From: Mytilus trossulus
Lineage: Eukaryota
Assembly: GCF_036588685.1 (NCBI RefSeq)
Contig: NC_086385.1
Span: 45,159,216-45,223,215, forward strand
Length of the DNA: 64,000 nt
Direction of reading: 5' to 3'
Shown piece by piece: positions 53,183 through 64,000 of the stretch. Each line of letters opens with the position of its first letter. The stretch's first letter is position 1. The position numbers and the translations under genes are program-made. Below the pieces are notes generated by a model. That model had not been told where the DNA came from and did not search any database. It saw only the letters and a program-made list of their open reading frames with translations.

Positions 53183-55139
53183 TTAAAGACAAATTCAAAG
53201 TGTAGTTTTTCATTATCTAAGAACTTGAAAAATATCTAGATATAAAGCATGGGAGATCTTTCAGCATAGTCAACAGTTTTGTTTCTCCTGCAACGCAATG
53301 TTTGTAGAAACAAAGCCAACCTTAATAAGTCGTTTTTTCCAATGTTATAAATGTAATTATGTAGAATCTTATTACATCTAACACATATCATTATTAAAAT
53401 TAAGATCAAACGTTCCATTATTCCAGATAACTATATTTCCAGAAAAAAAAAGTATATTGATATCAAGTGTCATGACAATTTTGTTATTATATATATTTTA
53501 ATGTTGTATTACAAACATATTTAAGAAGGTTTCAGTTGAATGATATATCACATTTTTGTTTACTCCTGGCGATTAATAGCTTAATTGGCATACAGTGAAT
53601 TCATTATTATTCTTTGGATACCTACGTTCGTGGATGTTATTGATAGAAGTGAACCACAAATTGAAATATCACATTGTCCATATTATTATGTATACATGTA
53701 TATGTAGATTGTGGCCTAAAACAAACAAGATAATGCTGGTTATCCTCAATCTTAAATCACTTGAAGTGGTACCCAACACTTTAACTAAAATTAATTTGGC
53801 TCGTTTAATTTTCTTGAAATTTTGACAAAGTATTTACTTTGACCCTTTGACCAAAATATAAAAATTCTAAAAAATTTGAACCAACCGTTTTATCAGAAAA
53901 ATTACACTGGTTATATAGCAGGTGGACAAACACTTATTTTGATTATTGAGAAGCTTAATATTACCTTAACAACACAACGTAATTAAAACGTTTAGCTGAT
54001 TTTACAGAGTTATCTCCCTTAAGTATTTATTTAAGACACCTGATAGTTGTTGAAGATCGTATATTTTTTCTAAAGTATTATTTGGTTAATCAATAATTGA
54101 CGTTTAAGCAAAACGTTAAGTTATTAAATTAACAAAACATTTAAGGAATGACTGTAATGTTTTTTCTGTCTATAAAGAAATAACATAAAAAAATTGGTGC
54201 ACACTGAATAACGCGCGTAGCGGGTTATTTAACAGTGTACACCACATTTTTTATGTTATTTCGAATATACAGAAAAAGTATTACAGTCATTTCTTATAAT
54301 TTAATTATTAATAATAACGTTGATGAAGTCACGGTCACATGACTAAATTATGTTTATGGGCTCATAAAAAAATAACGTTAGCCAATCAGAAGACGCGTTA
54401 CATCCAAAATTAAATTACATTACAATAAGCTTAAATACAATTCTGATACCATAGTTGATAAGTACAAACAGACCGAAAATTAGTAGACGAAGGGCACAAA
54501 CAAAAGAACAATTTCAAAAAACGAACATTTCATACTGAGGTATCTGTTTAATTTAGTCACATATTTAAGACTTCAGCAGACGTTTTGGAGTTTGAATAAA
54601 AATCTTTCGGGTTTGGAAGACTGGAGGCTTTTAACTGGATGCCCTTTGCTGTTATATGCAATTGTCTAATTGATGTTATATTTTATGTGAGTCGTCCAGC
54701 AGTATTACTTAAACACTTTCAAGTTTTGAGTAATTAGTGCAAACTCAATTGATAGTTTGTTATTGTTTACTTAGGTCAAAAACACAGTAACATGAACGGA
54801 TCTGACCTAATGATTAAAAATGAACTTGTGTCCATTGTATACTTCAAAACGTGATACCGTTAGTCTTATCTAACACTGGTAGTCACGTTCTTAGCTACCT
54901 TGGTCCATTAAAAAGTCGTCAAACTTTGTGAGATTAAACAATAATACATCCATTGGATCTAATTCATTCACTGTTACTGTAGGTATTCTTTATCTACTCT
55001 GTTTTACAAAACAAAAAAGAAAAAGAAAAAGATAGACAAAGGAAAGTTAAATGAAAATATAACAAAAATGAAAACTAAATCAACCGGGTGCATACAGAAC
55101 CTACCAAAATCACACTGAATACACGAATACCTAAAATGT

Positions 55140-55610
55140 AGAAATGAAGGAAAAACAAGTTTGCTCTTGAACTATTTTGATCTAAGCGTCACTGATGCGT
55201 CTGATGTAGACCCAACGCATGATCAACGTCTGACGTATCAAATTATAAGCCTGGCAAGTACCTTTGATAACTCTTTACATCAATAGGTCGATGCCACTAC
55301 TGGTGGACGTGTCGTTACCAGCCCAAGTATGCATTTCGGTGTGGACATAAATATCAATTATATGATATATTTTTTTTAAATTTCCTGTTTAAAAAGTATG
55401 AATTTTTCGAAATACTAGGGATTTTCTTATCGCAGGCATAGACAAACCGAGCCGTATTTGGCTCTTTTTTTTTGAATTTTGGGTCCTCAATGCTCTTCAA
55501 CTTTGTATTTGTTTGGCTTTATACTTATTTGGATCTGAGCGTCGCTGATGAGTCTTATGCAGACGAAACACGCGTCTGGTGTATTAAATTATATTACTTT
55601 GATTATGAAC
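55140..55610 (-). repeat. Abundant interspersed repeat with core ccagacgcgcgtttcgtctaca...catcagtgacgctc (also about 4317, 12817, 15270, 22779, 46491, 61637, 63248)
   Basis: The core motif is seen at least 8 times, in both orientations. Confidence 0.75.
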
Positions 55611-56107
55611 TATTTAATACTCATTATCTGTAACCGCTTAAACTTTTTCGGCACGATAAATTTATTGCTTGGTTGCCATGGTAACAGCAGAGGAAGTTCG
55701 GATTTTTGAGAAAAATGCAATATTTGGTGTAGTGCTGTTAAATTATGCAGCTACATCTATTACAAAGAAATGCAAAAACAATAATTATTAATTTCAGTCT
55801 TGTTTTAGTCAAAAATAAAAAAAAAAGAGTTATGGGTAAACTCCTTTGAAACATGCAAAATAAATTTCAAAAAAATGATCATTGTGCAATCTTCCTAACA
55901 CTACGAATTATCTCCCTTTGGTGGGTTACACTAATGACTGTACCAAAACTAAAACGATAATCACTATTTTATTTCTCAAAGGATTTATGCCAAATTCGAG
56001 TTCTTATAAATTAAGACCAATCAATTTGGAACTATGGCACTAACTTAGTGTAATAGTTTCAGATTCAAAACATAAATAGAAGAAAAACTTTTTTCAAATC
56101 TTCATTA

Positions 56108-56530
56108 AAAGAGGGACGAAAGATACCAATCAGACAGTCAAACTCATAAATCTAAAACAAACTGACAACGTCATGGCTAAAAATGAAAAAGACAAACAGA
56201 AAAACAAAAGTACACATGACACAACATAGAAAACTAAAGAATAAACAACACGAATCCCACCAAAAACTAGGGGTGATCGCAGGTGCTGCGGAAGGGTAAG
56301 CAGATCCTGCTCCACATATGGCACCCGTCGTGTTGCTTATGTGATTACACATCCGGTAAATAGTCTAATGCGGTAGGTCACATTCATCAAAGGGAAGGGG
56401 ATTGTAGTTACTACGTAAGGAACATATTCGATATCATTTGTGAAACGGTTATTCCATAACGGTCAACAAACTCGTGATGGCGTCCGTAAAATTTACGAAG
56501 GGATGATTTCAATTTCACAATTTGGAACTC
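56108..56530 (-). mobile_element. 3' end of a Penelope-like retroelement (partial copies about 34815-34995, 44445-44710, 49210-49270, 51830-52000)
   Basis: The minus strand encodes KSSLRKFYGRHHEFVDRYGITVSQMIS, matching the end of the 33641 ORF, followed by a multi-copy non-coding tail. Confidence 0.7.
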
Positions 56531-57643
56531 TTGGTTTAATAGCTGTCTTGTAAACGTGACCTGACAAAGGCTAACAATGACAGGAACAAAAGAAAATGCT
56601 TATAACTTTTTTATTTATTAAAGGATTTATGTTAAATTTGAAATATAATAAAATTTAATCATTTAATATTTAAATGAAAAAATAGAGCAAAAAATATTTA
56701 AAAAATCATAAAAGTTCAGAAAATGTGACCTTTCTAACGCTGACAATTACCTGACCAACAACGACCTGACCGATTAAATTTCTGTGTTATTTCATATTAT
56801 TAAAATAAAGCAGAAAAATATATGTTTTTGGTGTAGAATTTGGTCTGACCAACGCTGACAGTGTCTTGGTCGTTGAACTACAAGAAGTCCACTACTAGTT
56901 ATGGACTTCTAGAACTACCTTATACTTATTTATATCTTATAGGATTTGCTTAAAATTTATAAGAACATTTTTTTTATAGTTACATCTTTATACAGTTTAG
57001 AGTACTTTGACAAGCACCGGATTATTAATACTGTTTATGGTACTGAGTAGGATACTGTATTTAACTGTGTTGTAAATTGAGTTGTATATTACCGGTTATA
57101 ATTTGACACGTTTGATCACTAATTCTAATATTGCGCCACCATAGGCGGATAAAGGGAGCCCAGAGGGCCCGCCCCCTCCTTTCATTAAAAACATTCTATT
57201 CATCATTGATAAGATAAGACCATGGTATTTAAGAATTTATGGTTTACTTTAACTCATGTGTCCGCAAAAAAATATTGTGAGCATTCAAAAATTACCTCAA
57301 AAGGGTATTTTTAATCTAATGCAAACTACATTAAAATGGGGAAGTATGTGATTATGATTGAAAAATGAATAAGAAAATATCAGTTATTAAATTACATATT
57401 TGCATATATTTAATAAAATTAAAAAAAATCTTTCTCTTAATCATTTACTGTGAACAATTATGTTGAAAAAAGCCTAGCAACCAAAATTTTGCATTTGTTT
57501 GTTTGTTTCATCAAGACTAGTAAATGTGTGAAGTTTGAAGAAAATCCATGACCATGCGTGCCACACTCCCTATGTAAGAGTTTAAATTGTTACAGAGAAC
57601 CAGTATTAATTATTTTGTCATACTTATTTCATTTCGATTTCAG

Positions 57644-60600
57644 ATGAACAAATTTGTACTGCTTGCTTTGTTATGTGCCATCCATGTAAAACAAGCAGAT
57701 CTTTTTGTTGTTGGTAACTATATTACAAAGTTTTATAAATATATTACTAAATTAAAGTAAATTTAACACTTTGACATGAATAGAACAGTTCGTTGTTTTC
57801 ATATACCAACGTTATCCAGTGCTGAAATATAGTACAAAACCAGTCCAATCTAATGAATGAATCATGTTTTCTCATGAGGCTTATAATTAAATGTAAGTCA
57901 GAAGACATCAAATGAACTTAGTGTAGAAACGTCATAAACTGTAATGGTTTCATGGAAAGTAGTCTAAGATGATTCTTATCTGCATATAAAATAAATAAAT
58001 AAATGGTTGTAGTATTTAAGTAAACGTTTAGATAACTCTTTTTTAAGATCATGGACACCACCACTGTTCTAAAGGATCCAGTACATGGGATGATTGTCAA
58101 AAATGCAAATGTGATCATGATATAAGAAGTAAGCTTAACGTAGTTAAGATAATTTTATTATGTATCTTGTATGTTCAAATTTAGACATTAATATCATGAT
58201 TATACGTATAGATGAAGTAGCTATTTACCTAGGCGACAATGTTTGCCTTTTGGGGTTTTGCATTTTCAATATAAAAGATCCGTTGATAAAACTGACAAAA
58301 TCTGAATGATCAACACTGTTGGGTGTATATGTAACCGCAAACAATATATGTTATTATACTTCACGTTAAAATGCCATATTTTGATTGGCTAATACGAGGG
58401 TGTTAATTTACTCTATTACATAGCTGAAAGGGTGACACATTTTTTTTAATGTTACCCTTTCGTCTAGAACCATCAAAACCGATAGTTTAACGGACAATGC
58501 ATTGAATTTAAATCAAGTAATTTCAAAAAGACAATGTTAAAAATCTACGTGTTGGTTCAGATTTTATTATTGGACTGTCAGAATAAAAAAAAACAACATT
58601 TTATTTGTTATTTTTTTCTAACATCCGTACATTTATTATGTGCGTGACGGCATAGAAAATACTTTTAAAATAAAATTATTCTGTAAAAGACTATAATGAT
58701 AAAACGTTCAGTATAATAAATAAAATAACACACACCTTTGCCGCTGTTGATAATGTGTTCTCTGGGTAACAATCTGCTCTATCACCCTCTCAGTTATATG
58801 TTATTTATATAGTGCCGCATCTTTTTTGGATACAAAAAGGCATTTTTTTAAGATTCCGGAATTTCGAAATAAATGTAGTAAGAACGAATTTGCTAAATTT
58901 GACACAGAAAATGTTGCTCGTCACAGAAGGTTTCCTAAACATTTATCGTAGTTTCTACACCAAAAAGCAGTAGAAATAGAAATAAAAAATTATATGATAT
59001 CCTTGAACCGATAATCGTATATTTTTACCACCTAATACGCAAATATACAATTAGGTTATGTAACGACTTTATTATGATACGGATCATGCATCCTCTCTTT
59101 GCTGAAAGAATATCACAATGTTCATTCTACGATCTGATTTGAATGGTTCTTGTATATATTTACAAACCTATAAAAGATTTTTGAGTCCGTATTCCGCAAA
59201 ATGTTTACATGACACGGGAACTTTAAATGAAGGAGATATGGATTTTGTTATTTCTTATATGCTCTTGTTTGCTAACGACGTATATCGTCTCAGTTTCGTA
59301 TTTGGCCATTGACTTTTAGGAAATCTATTCAATTATACATGTAAACCATTTCTCTATGGTCAATTTTACTTCAAATTTATTTGTTAATAATTTAATGTTG
59401 GATTGCACGCGTCTTCTAATTGGGTGGAATGCGTCTCTTAATTGGCTGAAAGTGTTTTGTCTTTTAGCTCATATACATAATGCTTTCATGTGACATTGAC
59501 AATATCAACATTTTTTCATGCTTTATTCTGGCTGAAACTGGAATTGAAAATTTAGAATTAAACTGCAAGGAATGAGTGTTATATTTTTATTGTCTATTCG
59601 AAATAATATTAAAAATGAGTACACAATTTAGAATAACCCGTTATTTCTTCATAGACCGAAATATATTACAGTCATTCCTTAATGTCGACATGGTCAACAT
59701 TTTTAACGATGGACGATTTCAATTGCTTTTAAGCTAATACTTGTTCAACAATGGAATGTCATTTCATCTTTAACCTTATAAATCATCATATTCTTAGATT
59801 TTTATTTTTATTTTACTTCGTTAACCAATAAAAAAATAAAAAAAAAAGCCGTATCAGATGCTTCTGATTGTTGACGCCTCGTTCCAAGAGTATCATGTAC
59901 AACTTATCACTGAAAATAAACGTTTCAAACATTAGAATTGGAATAACAAAGTTTTTCTGTCTCCGGATTTGGTAAAAAAAAATGATTTATTTAATCGAAA
60001 GTTGCCTTCCACTTCGTTATTTATCTTGACTTTCAACATTTTAAATCACAAATCGTAGATATGCCATGTAAACGAAACGCACGTCTTGTTATCTCATATA
60101 TAAATTTTAATGACCTGTTGTGAAAATGGAGCTATGTTTTGCAGATCGTATAGGTTTTGATAACAGTTTGAATGCAGCAAGGAAATACTCATTTTAAAAA
60201 TTCAAATGCTGATGTCTTTCAGTTTTCTGTATTTGTAGCATGTTGTGAGCGTTAAAATTAATATGTAATGCAAAATCTTTTTTTTTTCAATCAAAAAGGT
60301 TTATTAAACAAGATTGGTATTCTTATTTTCATCACAAACCATGTTGACATAATTTTATAGAAAGGTACTTCAATGATGAGGTTCTTGAATTTTGATAATC
60401 AAAAGAACATACGACTGATTATAATCATCTTCTACCTGGCTAGTGATTCAAACATATAATCCCATGTAATGGTCTGTATTTATCCCAAACCTCTGGTTAT
60501 GCGAAAAATTATAAAAAAAAATACAAAAAAAAAAACAACAACATTTTAGCCCTTTATAAAACACATTACTATATACTTTTTTTAATCTTTTTTTTTAATT

Positions 60601-63111
60601 TTGAATTTAGGTATTTATTTTCATGATATAAGTAACTGGGAGACAATAAACTAAAGGCAGAGAAATTAAACGATTCAAATTATATGAATTATTTAGTGTA
60701 CTTATATGTTTCCGCCTATTCGATTGTTTGCTTCCATAATGTCATAATTTTCCTATCTGGATAATGGACTTATCCTTTGAATGAAGCAGTTTACGTTGGT
60801 ACCCAGTTAAAGCAGTTAAAACTTTATGAAGCAGTGACACTAACTTACATACGCTCAAACATGAAATTATATGTGATATATAGGGCATTGTACTGGTGTT
60901 GTTACGACAATACTGTTTCATCAAATGAAATAGTTTCCTTTTTTTAAATCATTATATAACAATATTGACAAAATGAGGGAAGATTTGTTATAAATATACA
61001 ATGGGTTGTAATAGTTTTGATATTATATTCCATAAACCGATCGAGCAATTCGTCGATAGTTATTGCTATACTAAAAATACAAAGTTGATCAACAATCGAT
61101 ATTGAACATATGTTGAAATACAAAATAGTTTAAGACCTTTGAAATCAAGGCCTTTTTTCAGAATGCAAGGACTGCGGATTGTGTTATGGTTTTGTACATT
61201 GCGAAGGTAAGTTTTTTTCTTCAGTAACCTTATGAATTCATAGAGAAAAGCGATATTTGTAACAATGTCATATAAGCGAGAGGTTTAGTTAGCCATAAAA
61301 CCGGGTTCAAACCACCGTTGTCTAAAAATGCCCGTTACCAAGCCAGGGATGTGGTAGTTGTTATCTCATAGTCCTTGTCTACATGTCTGTTGGCGATTAT
61401 TTTTGTAGCACGTCAGTACTTCTGTTGTTCCGTGTTTTTCCTCTTATAGTTGAGGAATAACTATTAGTTTCTCTCAGTATTGGTTTGTGATTCGTATTTG
61501 TTAAAATTCAATCGATTTTTGATACCATTTTTGTCTTTGTTAAATACAGACGGTATCCTCAACACAGGAAATGTAGTAAATGTTATAGTGCTCTTCAACT
61601 TTTTACTTGTTTGGCTTTTTAAATATTTTGTTATGAGCGTCACTGATGAGTCTTATGTAGACAAAACGCGCGTATGGCGTACTAAATTATAACCCTGGTA
61701 TTGTTGATAACTGGTATAGTTATAATATCAAAATGCTATATATCCAATGATTTTTCTCCGATAAAGTGTGTAGTTCAAGTATCACACGAATGTAAATAGA
61801 TCAACATGGATAGAATATATTTATCATTATGTCCCTGAAAACCATTTTCAGATTATGATGACAACTTAGAATCAAACAATATATATAAAATTAAACTTTA
61901 ACAACCTATCAATGACCAGTACCAAACTATACACCATATTTTCTCAAATCAAATAAAAAATGAAAAGTAAAAAAAACCCACAAATACCGACCTCCAAGGA
62001 AAATTCAAAATTGATAGTTCGTTATCAGATAAAAAAAAATCAAACTCAAACACACAAAACGAGAAAAAAAACACTGTCATATTCCTGACTTCCTTATTCT
62101 TTTGTAGAAAGTGTGTGAAGCATTATTTTATAGCTGGATGATCTAGTATCCGTATAACATCAGTTAAAAAGAATATACACATGCAAAAATTACAACCAAC
62201 TTAACCTTGGAAAATATTACCAAATATGGAAAACTTAAAGTCATAAGAAACGCGTTACCGGTGAAAAATAATGTTCTTCCAATTCTTGAACCAATGCATA
62301 CAATTCAAACATCATAAACTTAGTCTTCTGTGCTCGAAGTTATCATTTTTTTGTGTAAATTTCGCTATATAATTTTATAAGAGAAAATGTTCCCATCCAT
62401 TGATAAGTAATATATTCAAATTTATAATACTAGTTCTCCATTTCCATTATCAATTTGAAAGTATTTCTTTGCAGTTGCATACACGCTGCATCATGATGTT
62501 CACATACCCAGCTAACACGTAACGCTAGTGAGTGTGCATATTAACATGGATATGCTCTTTAATATCTGGTAAAACAAGATGTCAGATAAGAAAATTTTAC
62601 TAGTTGTATCCTTATACCGCTTTTGACATTTTGACTGATTGTGAATTTACATGACCTGGCTATGGTGCACGGATAATACGAGACGCAAACGCTATCGTCG
62701 CACCCAGTATTGCGTCATTCTTATGTCGTGCAATTCAATCAGTTTGTGTCAATCAGTCAACGAGATATGCACTTTGTTAACATAAAATTGACGTTATCAA
62801 TTTGTTATACTATAAAATAAATTGGGTGACATGATTTAACATTTTTTTCATATTTTATTTACACCCTTTGTTTTTAAGTTCACACGAATGCACCATTACC
62901 AGTTGTGACTGATTCACCTATAACTACAAGTAAACCACATTCCAGTTCATGCGACATTGTTGCTATTTTTGACGCTGTTGCCAGAAACCAGTTTATCGAG
63001 AATTTGAATGCTACAACATGTCATAACGGCCAGGGCCGTCATGATAACGATGCTCTAGTTATGACACTGTGCAATGCACCTGAGAGTGCTAAGTGGATTG
63101 AGGGAGAACAG
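57644..63111 (+). CDS. Secreted protein B, paralog of A, 3'-incomplete in this window. Exons 57644-57713, 61162-61206, 62879-63111
   Basis: MNKFVLLALLCAIHVKQADLFVV|ECKDCGLCYGFVHCE|VHTNAPLPVVTDSPITTSKPHSSSCDIVAIFDAVARNQFIENLNATTCHNGQGRHDNDALVMTLCNAPESAKWIEGEQ. Intron phases match gene A (1,1,0). 41 of 54 core residues are identical to A. Confidence 0.8.
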
Positions 63112-64000
63112 GTACAAATGTATACCACATGTATTAAGAAAAAATGCAAAATATCGGCAAAATGAAACGTAGTAAGTTTTGCAAGCTTAAACCAGTTAAA
63201 TGCTCTTCAACTTTATACTTGTTTGGCTTTTGAACTATTTTGATCTAAGCGTCACCGATGAGTCTCATCTAGACAAAACGCGCGTTTTGGGATAGAAAAA
63301 TTCACATTTCATGAACGAACAGAAGTCTTTTTCTTGAAATTTTATCACAGTATTCTTCATAATTGTATTATACCATAATTGTATTGAACATTCATGAAGT
63401 ATCACTAAAATCATCAGACAAAATATAACGAATCATTCTACTTACTATAATCATGATAGTAACAACCAATGAATTGAATATCATAAAAATGTGGAACATG
63501 ATTTTCCTTTTCGCAACAATAAGACCCTTTGATTTAGCGGCAAACTGTGTGAAGGCGAAATTTTTGTTTGTGAAAAGAAATCATCGTTGATTCAAGAATT
63601 AAGAGTTGTCTTATCAGACGCTCGTCTCCTAAAACATAAGACTTCAAAGGTTTTGCAAAATACAGTCTTAGATAATCATTTCTTTGGGTAGAAAATCCGT
63701 AGCATTTCGAACAATTTAAACGTAAGAAATTGTTAATATGTTAACAGTATCAAAGCGAATTCAATGTTTGTCTTTGTTTTTAGGGTGTTTTAAGGGGTGT
63801 CGATGCAGCCATATTTTCAATTTGTTATGACGAATTTTAGATTACGGGTTAAATTAACAAACACATTTTTACGAAAAGGGTTTATAAGAAACAAAAACAA
63901 TAAAACAAAACTTACCATTTTCTATTAATATCCAACATTTGCAATGAACTTGCATTCCAAAAATACCAGAGGGACAATCAAACTAATAAATCGAAGGTAT

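Noticed and set aside
57222-57230. ATG|GTATTT as an ATG-only first exon of gene B, by analogy with gene A
   Set aside because: The donor is weak and there is no clear TATA box. It is possible but not supportable, so it was left out of the model.

Overview
AT-rich, intron-containing eukaryotic genomic DNA. The interspersed repeats suggest a bivalve mollusc, probably a mytilid mussel (inference). Two divergently oriented tandem gene clusters sit in a dense matrix of degraded retroelements and MITEs. (1) Minus strand: three genes with two coding exons each, encoding short BTB/POZ proteins (acidic N-terminal tail + BTB + helical BACK-like C-terminus, no recognisable substrate-binding domain), plus a fourth, decayed BTB exon. 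Copies 1 and 2 arose by a duplication of at least 7 kb. Copy 1 has an apparent homopolymer frameshift and a 160-N gap. (2) Plus strand: two paralogous multi-exon genes, almost invisible in the ORF track, encoding secreted proteins with a signal peptide, a Cys micro-exon, a Thr/Pro(/His)-rich linker and a C-terminal domain. By eye this domain aligns with Tae2/Dae2 (BPSL0067-family, NlpC/P60-fold) peptidoglycan amidases, but the catalytic Cys and His positions are replaced by Asn and Gln. This candidate pseudo-amidase pair is the most notable observation. All exon models and family assignments were made by hand and need RNA-seq and HMM/structure confirmation.
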